Part shown: one piece after another, positions 38,505 through 51,100 of the stretch
Position numbering within the stretch: position 1 is the stretch's first letter
Layout of the letters: each line of letters begins with the position of its first letter
From: Asterias rubens
Lineage: Eukaryota
Assembly: GCF_902459465.1 (NCBI RefSeq)
Contig: NC_047062.1
Span: forward strand, 16,616,001 to 16,680,000
Length of the DNA stretch: 64,000 nucleotides
Direction of reading: 5' to 3'
Translations under genes and position numbers: made by a program
The notes under the pieces: generated by a model
What the model saw: only the letters and a program-made list of their open reading frames with translations
Databases searched by the model: none
Told to the model about the DNA's origin: nothing

Positions 38505-38982
38505 TGTCAGAAAGTCTCCGCAACAGGACAGTTTTCGTTATAGCGCCCTCTCTTGAATCAAAATCTCCAATGTTTCCATGATCATACCAATCGCCATTTT
38601 ACAAGTCCAAATCCAAACTAATCACGTAAATTCCTCAAATAATTCCTAAATATCCAGGTTAATCCAATCATCGAATCACTTTTATTAATCACCAAAGTCC
38701 CGTGCGTACATCCTAATCGTGAGTACTGTTTTAATTATTACAAAGGGTGATTTTAAGGGAAGTTGGTTTTCCATGTAATTCACGTTTCGATTTGTTTACA
38801 TCCACATTGTTACAATGCATATAAATGTACATGTAGGCCCATATCATAGCGTATAATGTATAACGATGATTACTGTTACCAGCCCAATATGTATAATTGA
38901 TTGGGGTTAATTTCTGCTTTCTCTATAGAACCACGGGTATATGATCACCAATAAATCAAAGTTCAAGTACACCTTCTTTTCA
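38505..38982 (+). repeat. 3' LTR (478 bp)
   Basis: Direct repeat of 31839-32316; preceded by aaatttggggtggc (PPT-like). Confidence 0.97.
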
Positions 38983-39190
38983 CTTGCATATTATTACTGT
39001 TAGGTAATTCCCCCGAACCAGTAGGTTTGGTGATAAACGTTTCTATAAATAGAATAGAACGCTACGTGGCTGATGAGGGCGCTATAATATATTAAGGTTG
39101 AGTCTGGTGCTGTAATTTAGAGCAAAGAATGCGTTATTTTATTGATGGCAAATCACGTCTCCAGACAACAGACTGTAAAAAAAAATCAAC

Positions 39191-42100
39191 ATGGCGGCTG
39201 CCAGTAGCACCATCCGTGACAAACAGATTGGTAAATCATTTTATTCCAAATTCCTTATTGCTTAGGAACCTTAAACATTATTTTAAAGATATTTAAGTAT
39301 TTAGGGTTTAGTATTATACTTGACATGCTACACTATTGCTATATCTAGAGACACTGAAGGAAAATCACCAGTAACTTGGGCGCCGGCGATGTGTACTCTC
39401 CGAGTCCGATGTCCGATTTTTCGAATATTATTTGAGTTTGACATCTGCGGTCGCAACCTCCGCTGATGTCAACATTTCTGGAAAAAACAGCGCCCCAGTT
39501 AGTGGGTCTAGAGGCAGTCAGTAGTTTAGTTACCACCTCCCTAGAACTTAATTTGACAACAATTACAAAAAAAAAATACACCAGTCATGGATGGAATTGG
39601 ATCACCTTTTTATTACCAGCAATCACAATGACATTGTTGTCAATGTCATTGACAATATGCAAAACAACAAGATATTTAGTAACTTTTATACATTTTCTAA
39701 TAATTTGGTACAATAATAGAATACAGGGCCACTCCACTTAATCCACACTGCGTGAATGCAATCAGGGTTAGGATTAGGGTTAGCCGAGTGTGGCCCTGTA
39801 TTCTATAGTTAATCCAACAATTTATTCTATGAATAATTATTTACAATCATTTACTCCTTGTCCTACCAACATAATATGAACAAGGTTTGTTTCGCAATCG
39901 TCTCCATGAACAGTGGAGCAAACCTTTAGGACGAGTTAGGAGTAACTCCATAGACTTATTTACATTCAGTGTTACTCCCAAAACGATCGACCAGTAAACA
40001 GAGAGTAGCTATCTGTGTGTGGCGTCAGAGTAAGGGAAAATGGGGTCAATAGAAAATAGCCCATCCGGTAACCCTTCCATCCTCACGACCGTCGGGGAGG
40101 AAGGAGGGCCACAAATTTTCAACTAGTTTTTGTTAACCATAAACATTTCAATTTTTATATACAATTGTTTTGTCCACAGCTTCACTGAAGCGTATGCTGA
40201 ACCTGAATGCACCGGTAACAAAGAGCAGCCTTAACGAACCAGTATGGAAGATACTGGTATACGATCGCTTTGGACAGGACATTATTTCTCCAATTCTGTC
40301 CGTCAGAGAACTCAGAGATATGGGTGTCACTTTGCATTTGTAAGTTGGGACATCATGAAAAAGCAGACCTTGAACTTCTGTGAGGCCAGTGAAAGTCTGT
40401 TTATCATCAGCCAATCTCTTATAAATTGTTAGGGAGAGTTTGTATTTTTTTTCTAGTGGGCTCAAAATGATGCTTCAATAAATGCATGTTCGTTCATGTA
40501 TAGAAGCAATTAGAGATTTTGGAAAACTGAAAACAGTTTGTCATATTAACACCCAATAAGATAAGAAATGCTTGGTCAAATGGCAAACAAGGTTTGTTTG
40601 GCTTGTGATGTACAATGTATTCAGTAGATTTTGGCGCAGTCAGATTAGTGCTTTTTTATAATGTAAATTTTAATGTAAAATTTTTTTGGGCAAATTTCAT
40701 GCCAAGTAGCTCTGAACAACCAACTGACTCTACCAGGAAAAACAAAACCAGTTCAACATTCTAAAAACAAACATTGAAACCATTTACTGATGCGTTTGTG
40801 TGGTTTTCAGACTACTCCATTCAGATCGTGACCCCATTCCTGATGTTCCAGCTGTATATTTTGTTCTTCCAACCGAAGAGAATGTTCAACGGATATGCAG
40901 GGTATGTTACTTTTATTTCAGGGGTCTGATTTATTTATTCATTTAAAGATTTATCTTATGTGTCTTGTTTGTAAGAAAGCCTACGTTTTGATACTTGTCG
41001 GGAGTTCAGAGTTTACTCACCTTCAAAAGTCAACATTTGAACACCACTTCATTTTGTTAAATATATTTAAAGACAGTGGACACTATTGGTAATTACTCAA
41101 AATATTTATTAGCATAAAACCTTTCTTGGTGGCGAGTAATGGGGAGAGGTTGATGGTATGAAATATTGTGAGAAACGGCTCCCTCTGAAGTGCCATAGTT
41201 TTTGAGAAAGAAGTAGTTTTCCACGAATTTGATTTTGAGACCTCGGGTTTAGAACTTGAGGTCTCGAAATCAACCATCTAAACGCACACAACTTCGTGTG
41301 ACGAGGGTGTTTTTTCTTTCATTATTATCTCGCAAGTTCGATGACCGATTGAGCGCAAATTTTCACAGGATTGTTATTTTATGCATATGTTGAGATACAC
41401 CAACTGTGAAGGCTAGTCTTTGACAATTACCAATAGTGTCCACTGCCTTTAATATTCAAATGAGAAACACAAGACCACTGGACTTGTCCTTTCATAAGTT
41501 TACTGGCCCAGTGCTACAATCGCTGGCTTTGGGCCTCAGTCCAATGTAAAATTAGAGGACTGACTAAAAGTTTTCGCACCAGAAAATTATAGTGTTGTAG
41601 CTTTCAGAATCTTGTCAGCTACCGGACTGTCTTATCAGCTACCCGACTGATTAGACTCCCTTTTTGGTCATCTCCTCTTGCAATCCATCTAATTTGACTA
41701 AGTGACTACATGAACATGCATGCTTATTTGTTTTGTCAATTTCATTTACAGGATTGTCAGAGCCAGTTGTATGAATCTTATTATCTGAATTTCATCTCGG
41801 CCATCTCGAGGCAGCTTCTGGAAGACTTGGCCGGTGCTGCACTACAAGCTAACAATGTATCACAGATATCTAAAGTAAGTATTCAACAGAGTCATACAAA
41901 TATAAATTTGTGACAATAGCTGCTGAAGTCACAGCTACAGCCTCCTACCTTTTTTTATTGTAATTCTTAAAAGGAACATTCCAGAATCTTTTTATTAATA
42001 TTAGACATCTGAGTAATTTATTTACTCCCTTAACTTAAACACTCCCAAATCTTCCCAGATTATATCCAGGGTGTTGTTTGATTTGTTTGTGCTGTTATTT

Positions 42101-45100
42101 ATTGAATCACGTGTAACAAACTCTTAATGTACAATGTCCAGGTTTTTGATCAGTACGTCAACTTCATCTCTATGGAAGATTTCTTCTTCACAGTCAGACA
42201 TCAGAACAGAGATGCCATCTCATACTACAGTGAGTATCCCTCAAATCATTGGGATGATAGATTAGTGAAAACTGAAGAATGAAAAAAAATTACCTTATAT
42301 TTTGATAGATTATCAAATGATGCAACTGCTTTGTAAGAAATACCAACAAGATTGCTAAACGGGAAAACATAATAACTTTGTTTTTGAAGGTATTCACAAC
42401 TGCATTGAAATCCACAACTTCATTTGGTTCCACAATTCCACAACTAATGTGGAACTAAACTCTAAAAGTTTGAACGTTAAAATGTCACCCAATTCACCTG
42501 AACTGCTCTGGCAAACTACTTTCGCCTCCTAATAACCTGTATTCCGACAAATCACAAATTATATCCCTAAAAGAACTAAGTGAAAATACAAATTAATTTA
42601 TTTTTACAAATTATGTTCTTATGTACACAAACTCATTCACAATACTGTAGATTGAATACCAGTTCTTGTTGCACAGTGCAAACCTGGAAAAGGCAAATTC
42701 TCTCAATACTCTTAAAAATAAGAAGAAGACAAGTTTGTTCTGTTGATTTTCTTAAGGTATGAATAATGCCTGTGTAAAGGACACAGAGATGGAGGCCATT
42801 ATGGATACCATTACATCAAGTCTCTTCTCTGTTTGTGTCACTCTGGGCACTGTGCCGATTATCAGATGTCCAAAGGGAAATGCGGCCGAGATGGTGGCTG
42901 AGGTAAGATTTTATTTTACTCGTCTTCAAAATTATTCGTAGAATTTTTTTTTTTTTTTTACACAAAGTTGTGAAATCAACTACTTGAAACACTTGAAGTA
43001 GTCGCAAATATATGTTTTTTGTAACGTTTATATTTTTTTGATTAAAAAGCTCTGTATTTTTATGATGAGAACAATAAATTCTCCTCAACCGTAAACTTTT
43101 GTTTTTGCTGATGTTTTTGTAAAGCTGTTTTTTTGAAAATTGTTTAAGAGTTTCTTTGTTGTTTGTTTTTAAATCAGAAACTTGACAAAAAACTTCGGGA
43201 GAACCTGCGAGATTCTCGAAACAGCCTCTTCACAACGGACTCCATGCAGTCAGGACAATTCAGGTAAATTCCTGAGCATTCTTCATACTGTATGTCTGTT
43301 TGTTTAGAAGATCTTCCAATAAAGGGAACTCAACAAACTCCCACAAAGGGATGTAAACTCCAAGCTGGCAACAGCCAAACTATCTGAATACAAATATCGG
43401 TTTAACGTCTATGATTATTAATGGGAGACTTTCCAACGCTAGGTAGCAGCAGACTTACCGGGTAAATTTCCATTGTTTATGTAGTTCTGAGCATGCGCAT
43501 ATGTCTGAGAACAATGGCTTTACCGGTAAGTCTGCTGCCACCTATCGTCCCAGAAAGTCTCCTATTGCACAAATAAGGAAACTGTGATTCAGTAATTGTA
43601 GACTACGATACATTATTTAGTCATTGTGAAATCAGCTTAGCTTGTTAGGATTCGAACCCACAAACTTGTGATTGTAAGTCATGCGGTTTAACCGCTAGAC
43701 CACGGCGACATCTGTGATAGTACTTTGGAATACCAACAAACATACAGGGAATATAATTGTCAAGATAGTTTTAAAGGCAGTGGACACTATTGATAATTGT
43801 CAAAGACTAGCCTTCACAGTTGGTGTATCTCAACATATGCATAAAATAACAAACCTGTGAAAATTTGAGCTCAATCGGTCATCGAAGTTGCGAGATAATA
43901 ATGAAAGAAAAATAACAATTGTCAAATGAAGTTGTGTGCGTTTAGATGGTTGATTTAGAGACCTCAAGTTCTAAACTGAGGTCTTGAAATCAAATTCATG
44001 GAAAATTACTTTCTTTCTCTAAAACTATGGCACTTCAGAGGGAGCCATTTCTCACAACGTTTTATACTATCAACCTCTCCCCATTACTCGTCACCAAGAA
44101 AGGTTTTATGCCAATAATAATTTTGAGTAATTACCAATAGTGTCTACTGCCTTTAAAGCAAATGTTGTTATTTTACTTCTATCCACAGTTTCCAGCGACC
44201 GTTGTTAGTGATTCTTGATCGGAACTTGGATCTAGCAACTCCACTTCATCACACCTGGACCTACCAAGCTTTGGCACATGATGTACTGGTATGTCTCTAT
44301 CCAGGGGCCAATTTCATAGCGCTGCTAAGCACAAAAATTTGCTTAGCATGAAATTTTGGCCTCGATAAAAACAGAATTACCAACCAAATTTCCACAAGGT
44401 TTTGAGGATAAACAAACAACAATTGAATACAAGTAACAAGCAATATGCAAACAAATGGAAATATGGTGGTTTATCCTGTTTTTACCAAGGAATAATTCAT
44501 GCTAAGCAAATTTGTGTGCTTAGCAGCGCTATGAAATTGGGCCCTGGTCTTCTCATACTGTGTATTATAATTATGAATTATTCTTCCCCAAAGGAAATTT
44601 AAAAAATGCCACCACCTCTTGAAATGAACTTTTTTCACTTAGTTTTATTGTGTACAGTTACTATGAGTAAACAATTGAATGGGTTCCAACCCATCTCAGC
44701 TCCCTTGGTATACAGCCTGTGCTGTCAAATGTGTAGTGCACAAAGCTAAATCAAACACAAGAACCATCTTTGCCCTAACAGGTACCCAATTACTCCTTGG
44801 TGAAAAGAAGCAATTATAGTTAAGTGTCATGACCAGGATTCGAACCCACATCCGTATGATATAAATGATGAAGATTAAATTCCTCCCCTCTGTGTCACCT
44901 TTACAATAGGATCTGCAGCTGAACCGAGTCGTGATCGAGGAGACCGTAGATGTAGGTCACTCCACCACGGGGTCACGACCCAAGAAGAAAACCAAGTCAT
45001 ACGACTTATCATGTCAAGATAGATTCTGGTCATCGCAGAAAGGAAAGTGAGTAACAGGATCAACATGTCAACTTTAATCATTGTTGGGGTGTGGTGAAGA

Positions 45101-48100
45101 AGCTCATAGTTCATAGCTTTTTACTTTGTATTTACTTTGTTTATTATAGATGATGGTATGCCCCAAAACAGCAAACAAAGAAAAAGTGATAAACAACACT
45201 TGAGGAATTCTTATCATCGGACCACAATAATGGTTAAAAGATTCTTTTTGTATTTAAAAAGTGTGTAAAACAATGCAAGACTGAATCCATGCAAGCAGAG
45301 ATGACTATAACAATGTTGTTTTTTATTTAAAAATATTCTTCAGCCCCTTCCCAGAGGTAGCAGAGGCGGTACAGAGCGAATTAGAAACTTACAGAGCATC
45401 TGAAGATGAAGTCAAGAAACTCAAAGCAGCCATGGTAAGTCCATCTTGCCTTCAAATAACATCAACAGTATCGCCCACAGTTTAGTACTAAAGACCCACC
45501 TTGTCTACAAATCTTAGTTAGTGTTCCTTTTAGTTAGAGTGGTCATGTATCTTTTGTCACACTCCAGTATGTCCACTTATTATCATTTTGAACACTCGCC
45601 CCCAGAAATCTCATGTTTCTGTTAACAAAAATGTAAGACATTGGTGGATGGGGTAACTAGATTGATTAACCATAGTGTTGAAATGTTTCTTCTTAACCCT
45701 AGGGCCTTGAAGGAGAAGATGAGGGCGCTATCAGTATGTTATCTGATACTACAGCTAAACTCACTTCAGCTGTTAGGTAAGTCAAAGTCAATACAAGATT
45801 GATTCTATATGGAGAAAAGTAAACCATTCAAGTATCAACGAGCATAAGACACCCAAAAGTAAAGCTACAGGTTTGAAGGTTATCTGAGATGGCTGAGTAA
45901 GATTGGAGATCGCAATGTCAATCAGCAATATCTGCATGTCAATCAGCAATATCTTTGTCTTCCGAAGTGCCTTGTACACACGGAAATTTACCGGCAACTT
46001 GGAGGCGACCACTTTTTATTTAATTGTTTATTTATTTAATTTGTTCACTTTCTTGTTGTTTTTGTTCTCAGTTCGTTACCAGAGCTACTTCAGAAGAAGA
46101 AAACCATTGACATGCATACCAACGTGGCTACGGCACTCTTAGACCAAATCAAGGTAAAACAACACATCGCCCACAAAGCATAATTTTTTAAACGAAACAT
46201 GCAACTACTTTTAAGTTATTAATTTTTGGTTTTACCCATATACACCGATGTGTGTAGCACTGTATACTCAGTACTTTCCCCGAGTCCTGTGAAAACAAAA
46301 TCACAGGCATTTTACTCGGGTGGGATTCGAACCCACGACCTTTGCAATTCTAGAGCAATGTCATACCAACTAGACCACCGAGATTGCCCGGTAGCTAGAG
46401 GCAGTTCGAATCCTATGTTTTTCACAGGACTCGGGGAAAGTACTGAGTATACAGTGCTACACACATCGGTGTATATGGGTAAAACCAAAAATTAATATTC
46501 TTTATGGGTTCGAATCCCACCCGAGTAAAATGCCTGTGATTTTTTTCACAGGACTCGGGGAAAGTACTGAGTATACAGTGCTACACACATCGGTGTATAT
46601 GGGTAAAACCAAAAATTAATATTCTTTATCCCAATGCAAATAATAAACCATAAAGGAACCTGGCTTTATAAATTCTAAATGATTTTGGGTTGAACAAGAA
46701 AAGATGACTAGAGTGGGATTTGAACTAACAACCTCCGGATTAATGTGCCAGCACTCTACCAACTGAGCTATCTATCTAGCACTATGTTGGAAGTCTCCCT
46801 ACTTTGTCAAGCTATACAACTGTCAGCTGCAACTGATAGCTGTATAATACAACCTTGGGCCAATTTCATAGAGCTGCTTTAAGCATTGCTTAAGCACGAA
46901 AATAGCTCGCTTATTTTACACGTTACTGGCCAAAATTTCATGCCATATACATTGCTTGTGACTGGTATTTAGCTGTTGTTTACTTAGCATAACAATGGAG
47001 TGGAGTCTTGGCCGGTAATTTGATTTTACTAAGCAAGGATTTTTTTGTGGCAGACGGGATCACCATAAGGGGATGAAACCTTTTAGTGCTGAAAATGCTC
47101 TTCCCAAAAGCTTCTTGAAATCTTTTAGGGTGATACAAATGTTGCAAGACCATCATTAAAAAAAACCTCCTAAAATGTGGATCCTAGTTTCTTAGCAATG
47201 ACTTTCACCCTTATATCTCCTCATACGGCCCAGGCGCGTAAACTGGACGTCTACTTTGAGTTGGAAGAGAAACTGATGAGTAAACAGTCTCTAGATAAAT
47301 CCCTGATGGATGTTATAACGGACCCGGATGCAGGATCACCAGAGGATAAGATGAGATTGTTTGTCATCTTCTTCATCTGTACACCCACCATGAGTGATGT
47401 AAGTGGGTTTATCATCCTCGGTTTGGAATAATGAAACATGAATCAATCGTGTTATCACCTTAAATAAAAAGTCCTGTCATATAACTCCGATTTTGAAAGA
47501 ATTACACTGGTTACCCGTAAGCAGTAGAGTTAAGTATAAACTTCTACTTTTTGTGTATAAATCACTCACCAACAATGCCCCTGCATATATATTGATGATC
47601 TACTCAAACCATACAATCCTCCTCGCAAACTCCGGTCTTACAATTCTAGTCTCCTTATTGAGCCCATATCCAATCATTCATGGGGAGACCGATCTTTCTC
47701 ATATGCTGCCCCACGCCTATGGAACAAATTGCCAGCACTAGTAAAATCATCTGTTTCTTTAACACGATTTAAGAAAAACCTTAAGACACATCTTTTCAAC
47801 CAAGTATTTCAGAAAATGGTTTGATTTCCACCCTTCGATGTTTTCTTTGATATTGCATTTGTATTGTATTTCTCTTCAACATGTTCTGGATTTCTTCTTA
47901 GCTTAGGCTTACGTTTCAATTTTGGTTATTGTACATGTAAATATTATTCTTTGTATTTAGCGCCATGAGCACTTTGATGGATTTGTGCGCTTTATAAGTT
48001 CTCATTATTATTATTATTATTATTAATTGAACAAGAATACAAGAGTCTTTTATACAGCACATGTACCAACAACCAGACGTACACTGACGTACATCTGAAC

Positions 48101-51100
48101 ACCCACCATGAGTGATGTAAGTGGGTTACCTATCATCAGTTTGGAATAATGAAACAAGAATCAATCAGATGAACATGAACACAAGAGTTTTATATAGCAC
48201 ACGTACCAACAACCAGATGTACCAACAACCAGACGTACACTGACGTACATCTGTAGTGGGTTTACCATCCTTGGTTTGTAAATAATAAAACAAGAATCAA
48301 TCCAAGGTTCTCCTCGTGCACAAGCTAGCATATCGGGCCGATCCACGAATTGTGTGCTGATACGAGCAAATACCCAAAACAAAAATTGATTTTAATTTGT
48401 AAAAATTGTATTTCTTATTTAGGAACAAAAAATGTCACGAGAAAACCATCCAGAGTGCACTGTAGGACTTTTCAAACCAAGATAAAACACAAAGTAGAAA
48501 ACATTCCGAGGACCTTGTTTCAATTCAGCGTGCTTCGGCCAAACTTCCCAAAATTGGGTCCAAAATACCCCTCGGTTTTGAAAAATCTTGGGGACAACCA
48601 TGCAATCAAGTAAACAATAATACAGGAGTCTTATATAACACACGTATCTACAATAAGGCACTCAAGGTGTTTGAACAAACAGGAACATTGAAGTTTTTTT
48701 AAAATTTGTTTAATCATGATACCTTGGAGGTTCTCTTTAACAGCGTCATATTCCAAACACAAGAATAACATTGATGCATAATTCATTGGTAAACCAGACT
48801 ACTTTGTTTGCTCATGTGTATACAATTCCCATAAGACTGCTAAGTATTCATTGATAGCTTACAAAACAAATCTCACAAAGCTACCCATCTAGCAGAGACA
48901 GTGCCAGAAGGGCAGTCAAATTTGAGCTTCAACTCGGGCCGCTGGTAATGTCTCACACGAAGTTTGATCTTGGATGCAAACCCTGCACTCTCCCTCAGAG
49001 GAACGTATCTACCCACACATTAACCCTGGGGCAAAGAGTTAAGTTTCTGTATCTTCTCTTTATTTGGTTATTTTTCCAGGCGGAGTTCGACCAATATTCA
49101 GTTGCCTTGGAGTCTGCAGGATGTAATTTAGCTCCGCTACGCTACGTCAAGAGATGGAAGTAAGTAGCTTCCAATTGTAGCTTGTGACGAGGCGCCCAAA
49201 TTTTATATGCAATGTTAAACGTTGTAACAAAGAATCAGTCAGTAACTGCACACATTTGTTTGTGCTCGGCAAATTTGCATGCTTGATCAGTTTGGTGAAA
49301 TCGGACCCAGGCCTCAGGAGGCAGACAGTGTTATTAAATGCTCCTCTGTAAATTCACTGTCTGTAAACACAGTTATATTCTTATTAGGCAGCAATGTCAA
49401 AGACTTGCCAGGTAGAGTTTGTTCTTAGAGAACTGTCTCCTTGCTTTATTCTACTGCCGCGGAGTAGATAATCGGGGGTTCGGTAGACTTCTCAGTTCTG
49501 AAAAGAACTGTCTTGCTTTTTAACTATTACCAGGGCGGATGGTATAGAAAATAGGCTGGGACTACTACTTTAGCTTATAGGATCATAATTAACTGTACTG
49601 CCGTGGAGTCAGTTCTGAATTGGTCTCAACGTTTCGACTAGCTTGCTCTAGTCATCGTCAGGAGACTATACAAATATATATTGATACCTCACCATGCAAT
49701 GCCTCAAATCCCATATAATGTCAAAGACAGCATTCGATATCGTTATTTTTTCTCAGCTAAATTGATTAAATGAAAGGAATGGCCTCCGCTGCAATAGAGG
49801 GATTCAATGTGCATGGTGTGAATATAGAAAATTCTGTAACATGGTATAGTTTTCATTGTATAAGCTACCAGGAATACAAGCTGTGGCACTTAAAAATAAA
49901 GTAATAAACATTACAATAAGGTTCACTTGTTGATGTATTCTTGCACCACTAAAGACGAATTTTAAGGAGTAGCACTGTACACATTGGTGTTTTACAGAAG
50001 CAATGTGAAGTCAGGATTGCTTGTTAGTTTTGTTATCTATATGTAGAAAGATTTTTCAGGGAAGTGAGATTTTAAGAAAACTAAGTTTTGAGTCATTGAT
50101 ATTTTGAGTCGCTGACATTTGATACTTCTTCATTGTTTTGGTGCAGACACTACACTAAGATGACAACAGCACCTAGTCAGTACGGAGGAGGGGGCACCAA
50201 GACCATCAGTATGTTCTCCAAACTAATGAGTACTGGCTCACAGTTTGTTATGGAAGGAGTCAAAAACTTTGTTGTCAAGAAACACGTAAGTCAAGATCTT
50301 TTTTTTTTAAATTTCATTTATCACTGCGATAGTTGAATACAATTAGACATCTCTTTACAGAAAACATGTCAATTTCTGTCCCCCGTAAAACAACTTGAAA
50401 AACATCAAAGAAAATGAAATTTTTTTATATTTTTTTTTATGTGTACTTCCTGCAGAATTTACCAGCAACCAGAATCGTGGACGCTTTGATGGAAGTCAAA
50501 AGCAACCAGGTAAGGTTAACCCGATAGATTATTGGATTATTAAGTCTTTACTAGTTACCAAACTGGGGGATCAATTGTCCTGCAGAATAGGGCCTAATTT
50601 CATCAAGCATGTAAGTATAAAAACATGTGAAGCGTTCAAGAACACCGGTCAAGAACAGCTTGGATCATACCCGCCCAATTGTGTATTCCCATAGCCCTAC
50701 TTAAGCTTCACCATCACCACCACCACCACCACCACCATCACCAACAGTAGTCCAGCATTCTCTTGAAGACAAGCAGAGTTAACTGTTTGAAACGTCGAGA
50801 CCACACCAGCTCTTTTTAGAGCCAGCACTCCCACAAAAGGGATTTACACATGGTTATACCCGCAAGTTTACTATTTATTTATAGTTTTCTTCATATAAAC
50901 TTACATTACTCTCTTTTATCTGATGCTGATTAGGAAACGGACGATTATCGCTACTTTGATCCCAAACTGCTGAGAGTTACTGACAGGTATTGTTTACATT
51001 ATTATCTGAACATCAATTTTAAAATAATAATAATAATGATCATAGTGTCTTCTTATAATGTGCTCAAATCTGTCGGCCATTATAACGCTCATGGTGCTCC

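Larger units (their letters stand above)
31839..38982 (+). mobile_element. Full-length BEL/Pao LTR retrotransposon, very recent insertion
   Basis: Two 478-bp LTRs (TG...CA) that read identical by eye; 5-bp TSD CTTGC (31834-31838, 38983-38987); PBS and purine-rich tract next to the LTRs; a single uninterrupted gag-pol ORF. Confidence 0.98.

Noticed and set aside
43646-43711. tRNA-Val(TAC)-like sequence on the minus strand, and other tRNA-like heads
   Set aside because: Acceptor and anticodon stems do not pair properly and most continue into SINE bodies; treated as SINE heads or pseudo-tRNAs, not tRNA genes.
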